Assembly: GCA_012026655.1 (NCBI GenBank)
Contig: JAAILG010000112.1
Span: 1-64,000 of the forward strand
Reading direction: 5' to 3'
Length of the DNA stretch: 64,000 nucleotides
Source: Hydrolagus affinis
Lineage: Eukaryota
Under the pieces are notes generated by a model. The model made no database searches. It had not been told where the DNA came from and saw only the letters and a list, made by a program, of their open reading frames with translations. Shown here in pieces: positions 36,994 through 49,755 of this stretch (positions within the stretch are counted from its first letter, which is position 1; each line of letters opens with the position of its first letter). A program made the translations under genes and the position numbers.

Positions 36994-37324
36994 TGTTTGA
37001 TAGCAAAGGGATTTAGGTCAGAAATATCCTATCAGAGAGGTTTAGTAGGTGTAATATCTTTCAATTCAGATTACAAAATAAAAAGGTGCGGGTGCTCTGA
37101 CAATACTACAACCTACCAATGCTACCTTCACTCTATGACACTTGCCTATTTTCATGTCCCCCAATCTATTTTCTCCAACACTGGCAGGCAGGCAGGCTTT
37201 TGGCTATACTGCCACTGCTTTGAGATGTCCTCCAGATGTGAAAGGCACTATCTAAATGTAAATAACAAATTTAGCATACTTTTGGAACAGTTGATTTGGG
37301 TACATTTCGGGTTCATAACACACT

Positions 37325-37874
37325 TAGAATCATAGAATCTTATGACACAAAAGGAGGCCATTCGGCCCATCGAGTCTGTGCCGGCTTTTTGAAAAGAGCA
37401 ATTCAATTCCACTCCCCAGCTCTCTCCCCATAACCGCGCAAACCCGTCCTCCCCAAATAAATGTCTACCTCTCTTTTAAAAGTTGTTATCGAATCGGCCT
37501 CCACCACCTTTTCAGGCAATGCATTCCAGATTCGAACAACTTGCTGAGTGAAACAATTTCTTCTCACCCCTGCTTCTTTTAGACAATATTTTAACTCTGT
37601 GACCTCGAGTCACTGATACATCCACTAGTGGAAACAGTTTTTCTCTGTTTACCCTGTCGAAGTCTCTCTAGCCTTTCTTTATAACTGAAGTCCCTCATTC
37701 CTGGTACTATTCTGGTAAATCTCCTCTGCAGCCTTTCCAATGCCTTAACATCCTTCCAAAAGTGTGGTGACCAGAATTGAACACATACTCTAGCCGAGGC
37801 CTAACCAAAGTTTTATAGAGGTTAGTCAGAGCTTCCTGACTTTTGTACTCTTAACTTCCTGACTTTTGTACTCT
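37325..37874 (-). mobile_element. CR1 LINE 3' portion (ORF2 end + 3' UTR + tail)
   Basis: TAGAATCATAGAATC tail revcomp; the minus strand reads LYKTLVRPRLEYVFNSGHH (CR1 LYKTLVRPHLEYC motif); same 3' UTR as the copies at 23525 and 28803. Confidence 0.93.
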
Positions 37875-37969
37875 AGTTTCAAGACCAGTTCCTCAGTCTG
37901 ATTCTTTTTTGAAACAAATCACATTGGAAATTGCTGCACATGTTACTATGCTTTTTGATAGTTCAGTAT

Positions 37970-38065
37970 GTAGGAACAAAAGAACATAGGAACAAGAGTA
38001 GGCCATTCAGCCCTTCAAGCCTGTTCTGCCATTTAATTAGATCATGACTGATCTGTACCTCAACT
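37970..38065 (-). mobile_element. CR1 3' end, different subfamily
   Basis: GAACATAGGAACAAGAGTAGGCCATTCAGCCCTTCAAGCCTGTTCTGCCATT..TAGATCATG. Confidence 0.8.
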
Positions 38066-41000
38066 AATCCTTTCAATTCCAGTAATAATGTGAAACCAGT
38101 TAGTATACGTTTATAAAAGAAAATTGATGCAAGCCACATGTACCTTAAAACATTTTACCCCAAGATGAAGTTTTGATACATTCCTACAACTTCTAAAGGA
38201 ATGTAATGTTTCATAACAGATTCAAAATAGATTATGAAACACATGTTATGAAACAACACATTGATTCGAAAACATATCTGTTATGAAACAAGACATTTAA
38301 ACAGTAAGTGTGAACTTTGTTGCTCTGACATTTTTCACTTATATTTTTGTTTCAACTGTTCAGTAAGCATACCTTATATATGAAGTGGAAGAAACTGTAG
38401 AAAAAATGATTTGGGATGAAAATTGGATTGTGTGATGTGTTAATGGTGCAAATTCACACATTAATGAAAATAAGTGACCAGTCAATGTGCTGATCATCAA
38501 TTGCTCTGTCAGTCTGCTAGAGGGGTCTTGACAGTGGTGGTGGATCAATTTTTGCATCAAAATTTTATCGGATGAAAATTTCAGTTTTTCAGCATTGTTT
38601 GTTCCTTTGCAGAAAATCTGATGGCAGAACCGTAGCCATTTTGAGAACAAGGCCATGACCTCGGTTCATCAAGAACAACAAGGTGATAATTGCTGCCTGG
38701 ATGTGCTGGCCCTATGTAGCCCGTGCTTTCAATTAGAAATGACAGCACTAACGGCAGTCCAGCCTCAGACTGAACCTACAATCGATTTTATCTGAGTAAC
38801 CAAACAGATTAATTCCTTTGTGCAAGTGAACAAGAAGACATTGAGGATGTGAAAAAGGTTAGAAAGCACCTCAGCGGGTTCCCAATATCAGTAGTGACTG
38901 CAGCGAGATGGAGTCAAGGGTATGAGAAGATGTTGGGGGTTTAGCTCAGAGAGGCAAATGGTCCTGGCAACATGAATGCTGAGATTCAGAAGGAGTCTTA
39001 GCGAGGCTTCCAGTAATTTTGCCTGATGTTGATACAGGAGAAACTGACAGATATGCCAACTGTCTGTGGAACTTGTGAGCTTAATGTCTCAATGACAATT
39101 TTTGATCCATTCTTTCTGATATACATACCACAAGGCTGGATTATAATTATCTGTGTAAATATCACCAAAAGGACCTTAATGTAAGGAATCTGTAAATAAA
39201 GGGGACTACATGTGATATGCCAGCCTGATTTGTCAGTCAGGCTTGAAAGAGCAGACACTCCTCTATTACATATGCAAGAAAAGCCTTAACAGGTAGGATA
39301 GTCTGAGCTGGATATGCAGGTGAGAGGATTCAACTGTTACAATGTTTTAGCGAGTTAAACATTATCACAATGTGGAATCTCAACTGGCTGCTCAACCATG
39401 CATGTACTACACTCTGCAATTAGGCTTGCGGGTTTGCTTGCAAAATGCACAGCTACTACACTTTGAAGAAAATTCTGTGAAGTGCTTTGAGATGGTTCTC
39501 TCAATGTGCAAGATGCTATTATGAAAACTTTAACGTGAAAGTTTTAAGCAGAGTAAGCCCTCCAGGTAGAGAATGTGCATTTCCATTGAGACATTTTCCA
39601 TCCATATGTGTGGAACTTTCACCTGTTTGATTTGGATATTACTAAACATGATGATGGGTTTCCTCTGCTGACACTCTGCTGACCCAAACAAAAGGTGCAA
39701 TATTACAGATGTTTGCATACATATCAATCAAATGTACAGGCAAAACCAAAATTCAGTTCTCATACCAACCAGCAGTATATTCTGAATTAGAACATTGAAG
39801 TGAATTAGTCATTCAGGTGAATTAGCCACTGAAATGTGTCCAAACAAAATGCTGATCATAAAAGGTATGTCTTGGTCCCTTGTTTACAGTCAGTATGTAA
39901 CTTGTCAGCAGCTTTCAAGATCACCCAATGCAGAAGCTGATTCTGAACACCAGTAACTGTAAACATGGCTGGTTGCACTGATCCGAACTGAATGCAATCT
40001 TTCACAGGACAGTAGCAGGAGCGTAGCCGAACACAGCCTGAGCAGTGGAATGCAGTACAGAGGGAGCTCTGTGAACTGAACAGAATATCACAGAGGGAAG
40101 CTTTATTGATATAGAATATTACAGCTGCATTACATAGGGCAGTGGTCTGGATTAAACGCTGGCAGGAATGCTGTAGAGATTTTTTACCCTTTGACAGTCT
40201 TGAAAGAGGCATCTATGCTTTCCAAAGGAGGTCGAGCAACTTGAAATTATGAGAAAAGAAACAAACTCTAACGTAGTGTGGGGTGTAAAACAGACTGTAA
40301 AATGTCACATTAGATGAAAACTTAAGCAACGTTTGTTCTGTTCCGGTTCTACATTTGCAAAGATAAGATAAAAAGTAAAAAAAACAGTAATCTAATGACA
40401 AATATGGGGAGAGAGGTGTAACCAGAAGAGTACACAGCATTCTGGGCTGTAATGTAAGCAAGCTGGCAAATATATGCACATTTTATTTTGTATGAACATG
40501 ACTAAATTTTTGGTGATTATTTCTTGTGGCTTCTTTCTAAAATTGGGTAGAAACTTAAGGTTCTGGTTATATGAAAGTCCATCCTGTTTCTCCAGCTTCT
40601 CTGTTTGCATTGGGGCTGACAAAAGGAAACAAATATCCTTTCCAGACAGATGCCGGCGATAAAGAAAATGTCAGCAAATATACTAAAGCGGTGTGTCGCA
40701 GCAGCTTTCTGTCAGATAGGGGAAAAGGTAAAAAGTGTTCTATCATGTCCAACAAGGTGTTCTTTTTGAGATTGAAAGATCACTGCGGAACTTTAAACAT
40801 GTTTGTCACTTTCCTCTGACTGTAACTATCTGTAGCTTCACAGGAACTATATCAGCTCGGTAAAAAGAAGTCCATTTCCATTTATCTCAGCCAGGTTTCC
40901 TTCAAAGCCAACAAATAAATTACAGTGTACATTTGATACAAATTGATTTCTTAACTCGAATAACAATGTTTTCTTGCCGGTCAGGCCATGTGTCACTCAT

Positions 41001-42327
41001 TCCTGGGACTGAGTGAAAGGCTCAATCTGTCTCTCTGACAGAAATAGTCCTGACACATCTCGCCGAGGAATGTTAATAATCCCAACCCGGCCTATGCCTT
41101 TGTGGACAAGCTGTGATAAGAAAAATCAGTCCATGCTGTCAGATGGTGTGAAGGCCTGATCTGTGTTTGTTCCAGCGAACCATTGGGCTAGGAGCTACTG
41201 TCCCATTTCATGTAGTAAATGAGAGAAAATAAGATCCAGCGACTGCGGTTAAGAAACGATCATTATGATGAAGCTGAAGTGAAACCATTGGATATCTCGA
41301 GGTGATTTTATCTGCTGCTACAGAAATGAGATATTGGCAAGAGCGGCTGAGTTTTCACAGCAAAGGAGGTTAAAAAGGTTGGCAGGCAGGCCGCTGATTA
41401 ATTGCATTTGCCTTGTCTTGATAAACAGCAGCAAAACTGTTGCCAGAGAGAAAATTTATATAATAATTATTATTACATATACTAAATATATATAAAAGAT
41501 TGTTTTAAAGAACAGTCAGGTGAGAATACATTGCAGGCTTTTTGTTTTTCTCCCAAGTTCCCGTGTGATCCAAGGCCATCCACAAACAGTGCTTGTAATA
41601 TTGTCCAATTTTAATCAAACAGCATTCAACCATTTGACCTTTTGAAGTCACTCCATCTCAGCGGCCAAAACCATGACTAATCATCAGAAATTTAGCAGAA
41701 ATATATACAGAGATGAGATCAGCTCGCAGATCTTTACTGGAAATGATAACAAAAAATTAAATTAAACTTGACTCTGTCTTGCCAAACTGAAAGTGCGCGT
41801 TATCAAAATGTGCATCACTGAGTATGTTGACTCACTGTAATTGTATTAGCAATGTAATGAAGCATTTACTTATTTTATTTTCAATTATTACTACATGAAT
41901 AAAGTCTGAAACCTCCAATATCATTTCACACTTTATTTTTCTGCCATTTTGGAGCTTATGTTTCAGTGTGAAGTAGTTTCAAAGCTATAACATGTCGTAA
42001 ACCACAAGCATGAAGGCTGAGAACCTTTGTGGAGTCGGCTGAACTCTGCGTTACAAGTTTCAACAGACTTCCAGACATTTTTCACTCTGTGATTTTGTGG
42101 CATTTCTTAACAGGATTTATTAATGAGGAATTCTGTTAGCATTGACAAAATCACAACAATAGTTCAGATGATGAAGGCCCCTCTGCATTCCAGTTGATTG
42201 CAGTAACTCGGCTCTTGGAAATTAGTTGCCATCAGAACAGCTCTATCGGGTTGGAGTAACATGCTTCTAGTTGGCTGGACTGAGCATAAATTTCAACTCA
42301 GATTCCAGCAGAAGAAATTGACCTCCA

Positions 42328-43015
42328 AACAACAACAACAAAATTACATTGGTGTAGCGCCATTCACGTCAGGAGGATGTCCCAAGGCACTGGACAGTCA
42401 CTGTGGTCAGACCCGAGCTGGGGACAGGAGAGGGGAGGGAAGGGGGTATTAGGAGTTGCTGATGGGACTATCAAAGGGGAGAGTCTTCAGGCGGGACTTG
42501 AAGGAAGCCAGGGAGGGGGAGAGGCAGAGGAGTTCCAGAGGTTGGGGGCACAGTGGCTAAAGGCTTGCCCTGCCAATGGTGGGGCAGATGGGTCGGGGGA
42601 TGTGGAGCAGGCCAGAGCCTGCTCAGTGGAGGGGGCGGGCAGGTTGGTAAGGAGTTAGAAGGTCTTGGATGTAGGGTGGGGCGAGGTTGTGGAGGGCTTT
42701 AAATGTGAGGACCAGGATTTTGAATTGGATCATCTGGATGATGGGGAGCCAATGGAGTCGGGCAAGGATGGGGGAGATAGGATCACAGAGTTTAGAAATG
42801 TAGAGGACATAGGCCGCAGCGTTCTGGATCATCTGCAACCTGTGAAGGGAGGAATTGGGAAGGCCGACAAGCATGGCATTTGCATAGTCAAGCTGGATTG
42901 AAATGAAGCCATGAATGAGGGTTTCAGCGGCTTTGGGGATGAGGTAGTGCCGGAGTTGGGCAATAATGTGCAGATGAGGAAAGGCAGAGTGAGTCATTGC
43001 TTGCATATGGGGGAG
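42328..43015 (-). mobile_element. L2 LINE 3' portion
   Basis: Minus ORF AETLIHGFISIQLDYANAMLVGLP..RLQMIQNAAA..ISPILARLHWLPI..FKILVLTFKALHNLAPPY; (CAA)n tail. Confidence 0.95.
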
Positions 43016-43149
43016 GAAAGACAGTTGAGCATAAATGCAAGTTGTTATTGTATTTGTTTCATTATTGTATTTATTAATGACCTGGATTTTCAGATCCAGT
43101 GTAAGATGTTTGACACCAGTTTGGGTTGAATTGTGGAATCAGAGGAAGC

Positions 43150-43400
43150 AGCAAAGCAGAGAATGTTTGTAAAGAAAGCTTACCAGTGTATGGACATGGA
43201 TTGATAATTGGAAAACAAGAGGACATTTATTTAAAGTTGTAAAGGGTAATTTCAGGACAATACCTGTTTTTTTTACACATAGAGTAATAAACAACGGGAG
43301 CAACTTGTCAGCAAGGATGGTTGAGGCTAGGGTCATTTAAAACCCGTTTGAAGTTATCATGGGAGATGTGGTTAAGGTGAGTATTCTGTCTGAAAGGCCA
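43150..43400 (+). mobile_element. Old CR1 ORF2 C-terminal fragment
   Basis: Translation TRGHLFKVVKGNFRT..FFTHRVINNGSNLSARMVEA (CR1 TRGH..FF..RVV..WN.LP..VVEA). Confidence 0.7.
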
Positions 43401-44270
43401 TCTTCATTTGAATCTACATTGTGATTTTTTGTATTATGTATCATACTAAATAGGAGAAGTAAAAAATAGGTGAGATGTAATCGGTATCTGATGAATGAAC
43501 GTAGAGGAGGTATAATGCTTGAACGGCAAAATACTTTAGCCAATTATGTCCACCGTTGGTTAAATATTTTACCTTTCAGTAAATCCTCAGGTATATATGA
43601 CCTTGAGAATGGACTCTGACTGGGATTGTGATACAAGCTAATGATACAATCAAGGGATTCTGATGATGTGACACACCGTGACATTGAAACTTGAAGAGAT
43701 TATCCAGTCACCTGTGCCGCTCAAGTGAGTCACAGCAACAACTTCAATTTATATAGCGCCCTCCATGTCGGACGGCATCTCAGAGCATCACTATGTCTAA
43801 AGGAATTTGGCATAGCACTCAAATTCCACCTGGTCTTCCCTGTAAGACCACTTTGCCTGAACGTTTAACAACGTTTAATTGCAAAATTGTGGAAAATTGT
43901 TAATTGCAATCTTAATTTGGAATCTGGTTTGCCACAGTTGTTACAAACAACAACAACAAACTTACATTTATCTTAATTTATTTTATTTATCTTAATTTAT
44001 TTTCTATTTTTAATTTATCTTGATCTAACATTGAATTAACATGCTTAGCACTGAAAGTAGTAGAACAGCAGCGATCTCAATAATTGAGCCCGCTACACTT
44101 AATTAGTTCATAGTTAGTACACCACAAACCTGCTTCTGACATAAATCCAGCTGTACTTCGTTCAAAAAATGTACAGTTAACCCATTTTACAATATATTCT
44201 GTGCTTTGAGATGTTTTAACATGATAAGATAACATCATATCAAATGCAAGGAATATTATTATTATTTTAA

Positions 44271-44610
44271 GGAGTCCTGAAGCTCAGTGTTTAGAGCATG
44301 TGCCTTACAAGTGAGACCTGGGTTTGATTCCAGGCAGGGCAATACCTTGGGCAAGTTTCCTTACTCCACAAGCCTAATAATAATCGCTCAAAAAAACCAA
44401 TAATAAATTTGTCATTTCAATCCACAACTGTTTGTGAGACACCACTGTGCACAATTGGCTGCCACGTTTTGCCCACAAATATACAGTCAATTCACTTTAC
44501 AGTGTATTCTGTGAATATTATTATTATTATTGTTATTATTCTGTGAAGCGCTTTGAGACATCCAGAAGATGTGAAAAGCGTTTTATCAAATGCAAGAATT
44601 ATTATTATTA
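44271..44610 (+). mobile_element. tRNA-derived SINE, short variant, full length with a duplicated tail segment
   Basis: Runs from the GGAGTCCTGAAGCTCAGTG head to the ATCAAATGCAAGAATTATTATTA tail. Confidence 0.92.
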
Positions 44611-46231
44611 AAATATTGTTTTTAAAATATTGAGCAAGCAAAATATATAATTTATGAGTGTGGTAGGTCTGTGTGCTTGTTATTTTACTGTACTGCATTT
44701 GTAATCTATGTGGAGTGCTTTCAGCCAGATATTAGTTATTTTTATTGGTAACCTCTGCTCCTGATCTCAACTTTTCAAATAGATTCCCATCATGGAGAAT
44801 GGAGCATTTCATCAACTAAAATAGATCTCATCTAAACTCAACCAGTATCTGGGAAGGCAGCTTCAGATTCTGCCTCCAAATCAATAAATAAATGTATGAT
44901 TTTCGCACTCTCATCTTGAACAAAGCTGCCAGCTATTACTTAAAAAATAAAACTTCCACAGAGCAGGCCAGCATTCCAAAAGCTGTGAAAGCGCTGGTTA
45001 GAGGGGGCACTGAAATGTGTGCAGGATAGGAATTTGGGGGAATAGAGTTGAGATATGTGTCGAGAGAGCATGAGGAGTATTTAGTGCAATTACTAGCCTA
45101 ATTGTTTCAATATTTTACATTCATTATTTGGTTGGAAAATCTATTGAGAGTTTTATTTCCTGTAACTATATACACTTTCAAACAATGTAGAAATCACTGT
45201 AAAAATATTAGGTCAATTGTGTGTAAGCTCCATGGGAGGAGGTTAGTGGGGTCTCACTGGGGCTGAGCTGGCTTCATGATGACATGTTATTTGGAAGGAG
45301 AGCAGAGCTTAGACAGGTTTCCGGTGACTTAGTGAGCAGAATCTTGTAATGGTAAGCTGTGTGCGTCAATTCCAGCAATGCCCCATGCACAATGTGAGGT
45401 CCCTAATGGCTGCCCTTCTTTTAACCTGCATTTGTGTTCTCCAGGCGTAGGCAATTGTGATTTGGCCCACTTTGCCATCTCCCCCTCCTGTGTTCTTCCA
45501 CCCCTCAGCCCCCTCTACCCCCTCGGGAGAGAAATTTTACACTCTTGAACTGGCAAACAGAAACGCTGCTTCTGTGAGTTCCCAATGGCTGGAACTGGAG
45601 ACTCTAAAGCACAGCAAGAGGTTTGTGCACGTTTCAAACTCTCGACTGACCAAAACAAAAATAGTAAAAAGCACATCTGAATTTTGGGATCTTTTGTTGC
45701 TATGATGTTTGACATTTTTCCATGATTTCCATGACTAATTTATGATTTTTCCCATAATTTAACTTGACAAAACTACAGCCCTTATGATGTACAATGAACA
45801 TTTAGGGATTCCAATGCGTAATGAAGCTGCCCAAGTTTATCAAGTGATAATCTGCAGTTCATTACCAGGAAATGACCCAGTCAATACATATTTTATATAG
45901 ATAAGCTTTGCACTTCAATGTTTCTTATAACACCTATTATAATTATGCCAGTTATACTGAAAAATATATGTAAATGAAGTAACACTTGTAATTAGCAACT
46001 GGAACTCTTAGGCTATGTTAATAAAATATATATTTTACTGTTCTGAGGTTTTGTGCAGATGGAATGTTGACAGCAGATGTAATAATATCTGACACATTGA
46101 AATATCCCTGGAATTTCTAATATGACTGTGGGCTGAGTCTTTCATACCAGCTGAAACACGGAGACAAGCCCACATACATGAGAGACTTAACTTGAATGTG
46201 AGTCATTGTTATATGGATCCTGCAGCTCACT

Positions 46232-46580
46232 GAGTCCTGTGGCTCAGTGGTTAGCGTACTCACCTCGCAAGCAAGAGACCTGGATTCGATTCCCCACAGG
46301 GCGAAATGTTGGGCAAATTTCCTTACTCCACACGCTTGTTTATCAAACAGTAAGTAGGAATTAGCTGTTAGTTGATTGGCAGATAATTTTTTTGAGGATA
46401 ATAATCCCTTAAAAAGTAATAATTTGGTCACTCAATCCACGACTGTTTGTGGGACACTGCCGAAAAAAATATACAGTCAATTCACTTCACAGCATATTCT
46501 GTAAAGCATTTTAAGAAGGCTAGAAGACATGAAATGCGCTAAATCAAATGCAAGTATTCTTCTTATTCTTCTTATTCTTA
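46232..46580 (+). mobile_element. tRNA-derived SINE, long variant
   Basis: GAGTCCTGTGGCTCAGTGG..GGATTCGATTCCC head, internal TGTTTATCAAACAGTAAGTAGGAA, then tail. Confidence 0.9.
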
Positions 46581-46996
46581 TTTTTATATCTCTTCTGTTC
46601 CACATGCTTCCAAACCACCCATACTGCACAGTGTCATCTAAACCATAGAGGAATGCAGTTTCATTGTGCTTGTTCCCTCAGGGAAGAGCTCATATTTGTG
46701 GAAATATGTGGTGCACAATATATGGGTGGGTGAGAGAATCTTAGGTGAGGATTGACAATGAAAGCTCAACAAATAACAGTTTTTCATCTTTGTTAGGTTT
46801 TTAATTGTGATGTCTGTACAGTAATGCTGTAAAGCTAGAGAACACACCCATTTGAATTTGAAACCTGTCTGTGAACAAAGTATAATAAATTGGTATTTTG
46901 CCACACAATCTATTCAGTGTAATTGATGCAAAAGCACTCGGGCATATTTTTGGGTTAATTTTGTGAACTACACACAGAACATGTCTAAAGTTAACG

Positions 46997-47051
46997 AGAC
47001 GCCTTCCGGGGTGGAGGGCGCTATATAAATTGAAGTTGTTGTTGTTGTTGT
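46997..47051 (+). mobile_element. 55-bp L2 3'-tail-only insertion with TTAACG target-site duplication
   Basis: AGACGCCTTCCGGGGTGGAGGGCGCTATATAAATTGAA(GTT)n, flanked by TTAACG at 46991-46996 and 47052-47057. Confidence 0.8.
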
Positions 47052-47508
47052 TTAACGTTACACTTCACATTTACCATAGAGAATAGAGCATTTGGGGATT
47101 GTTCCGAGACTAATCTATCAATTCTGTCACCTACTTTGCTTGGATTGTAAAAGTGGAAAAGCTTTAAATATTTCATAAACAGAATAGCCTAATGTCCATT
47201 TTTTTTCTTTGTTTGATATTTTAATTTATTACTTATTCAGTTTTGCCCAAAAAGAGAGACAGCAAAAGTATTATAGAACATTGTGCATTGGGAAATATTA
47301 CAGATGTCATGAGGCTCTCTATAACAGCACAATATAAACAGGATGAATAGGATAGGTATGTTGAAACACCCGGATATTCATTCTGCTAAGGCAGGATTTA
47401 TAGTATTTACTATAAAATGTAGGAATTATGCATTATGTAGGCAAAATTAGATGGCATAATCACAATCATATTTTGTACATTGACACACATTGAGAGACGT
47501 ACATTTTG

Positions 47509-47572
47509 CCTCCCCCCTCCCCCCCCCTCCCCCCCCTTCCCCCCCCCCCCACCCTCCCCCACACACACACAC
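47509..47572 (+). repeat. Poly-C-rich tract + short (CA)n; G-quadruplex potential on the minus strand
   Basis: Multiple C runs of 5-12 nt. Confidence 0.85.
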
Positions 47573-47984
47573 CCAGGCCTTGTTCCTTGCCAACCATTGC
47601 CTAATGTTTTCTTGCATTTTAGGTAAGCAAGGTGCATCTCGCTTGGGATGAAGTACACATATTTCAGACACAGGGATTTCAATGCGGACGTGGAACTACA
47701 GTGGTTTGATTTGGATGATCTTCCCCACGACAATGCATTCCATGAAAAGCAGGTGCCAGGCTGACCAAATCGTTCCATGCCCCCAACAAAAAGCACTATA
47801 TTGATCTCCAAGGTTAGCCTCAAAATTTCTCAGAATTAATTCCTGTATTATATGCTTGAATCAAACCTTCTATAGATGCTTTGAAACACTTGGCCTCATA
47901 GATATGCTCTAGTCTATAGGAATTTGCGAATGCACAGCACCAGGAATGACCTTTGGAGTCTACATGGTTGGTCTTAAAGTTAGA

Positions 47985-48250
47985 ATGACAACTTGTATTA
48001 ATATAATAGACTTCATGTGGGTAACATCTCAGAGTGCTTAAGAGTAGCGTGGTTTGACTCTGAGCTGGAAAGAGAGAGGCGATCATTGAGCCTAGTCGAA
48101 GAGGAAAGTCAGCACGTATCAGGTACATTGAAGACAAGCAAAGAGGGGCATGATGGAAGGATTGGGCCAACGAGTTCCAGAGATTTGGAGCAAAGAGGCT
48201 GAAAGCACAGCCATCAATTGCAGAGTGAAGGGGGTGAGGGGCAGGCGAAG
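47985..48250 (-). mobile_element. Old L2 3' fragment
   Basis: The minus ORF contains GCAFSLFAPNLWNSLAQS. Confidence 0.7.
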
Positions 48251-49755
48251 AGTACCAGATAACAATTTTCATTCATCAAGATTCCTTTTTCAGAAAAAAA
48301 TTCATCCAGCTCTCACTTGGATTTCTCAGCTCTTTTGAAAAGACTGTTGTCCATATTCTGTACCCTCTGTGTTAAAGCAGTTAGCTGAAGACACCATTAC
48401 TTGCTGTTTACAACTATCCTGTATCATATCTACGGAGGGGGAGGGAAAGATGGCTTTTTCAGAAAAGTGTAGACATTTCTATGCTAATCGGAGCAAAGCC
48501 TTTGAAGCAAGTCAGATTGAAGGCTTTGAAGTAAGTGCCACAGGTATACAGTCCTATTCAGGTGCTATGTTTCTGATTAAACAGCTGGAAGCTCATTAGC
48601 TGCAAAAGTGTCCTTCGATATCTTGTCAGGGTTCCAACGTATTAATACTGAACAGTCAACATCACACCTGAGGGGAGGGTTCAAAGCTTCTAAAGTGGAG
48701 TCTGAATCTTTCATTACATTTCTCAATAATGCTCTCCCAATGCTCAGTTGCAGTCAGACTAGGGCACAGAGATCTGGAAAGTCAATTTGTCTAGGTTGGG
48801 GAGGGTAAACTCAAGATAGTATTTGTGCCCCTGATCCCCAAGTTAACACTGCTGGGAAGTGTATATGTGTACATGTGTGGACATCAAGTGAGGGCAGGAT
48901 TCCCTCTGCAGACTTTCCCCACCCCACCCCCAACTCCACCCAGTTAAATGGTTTGCAACACTTGCTGTGCAGACATGCATTAACAAAGATTTATTTGAGC
49001 TAGGTACTGGAAGACAGCTAAAAACGGATAGCTGGCCATCCATACCACTGTCTGGCAAGCTGTTCAGGAGATTGTGCAGTTCAGACTTTGTTTCCAATTA
49101 GGTGTTCGGCTTAAAGGGTTAACAGGAGCTGAATGAGAATTGCCCCCTGCCTCGAGATGGGAAGGGGTGAAATAAGTAAAGAAACAGCAAAATGCTAGTG
49201 CGATATATTGGTATGTAGAAAGTCCACCTAAATCTATGAACGGATTATTAAAATAATCGAAAAATGTGCCTCTTCCATTTTAAACTCCAACAGATCTTTT
49301 ATTGCAACAAACTTTTGATCAAACTAACATAAAACCAGTAAAAATAAGGGAAAAAAACAAGTTATTACAAGCTTCAACCATGCCTTGAATTCTTTGCAGT
49401 AAACAAATATTTGAGTAGTTTTTTTCCAAAGGAACTTAAGGACTTAATTTAATTCAAATTATTATTGGTATTTTCCATCAGTCTGATGGCTTCAATTCTT
49501 AACAACAGGGTTGAATGCAGCCAACAATACCTTCACAAATTGGATTATTTAATTACTGCAAGATTCCAAGGATGCCATATCAGGAGTTTCCCAAATGGAT
49601 CAGTGGCATTGAACTAGTTCTATGAGTAGGATATTCCACGGTATTTTATAGAATTCCTTAGATTCTATGGCACTAAAACAAACCATTTGGCCCAACTAGT
49701 CCAGCTGTTCAAACTCCACATATAGTTCTACCCATCTTTATCTCCATACACATCT

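Noticed and set aside
43967-44025. AT-rich ~20-bp tandem repeat as a functional array
   Set aside because: Two to three imperfect units next to an L2 tail remnant; consistent with slippage.
47410-47823. 137-aa Gly-rich ORF
   Set aside because: It is open because of the poly-C/CA low-complexity tract.
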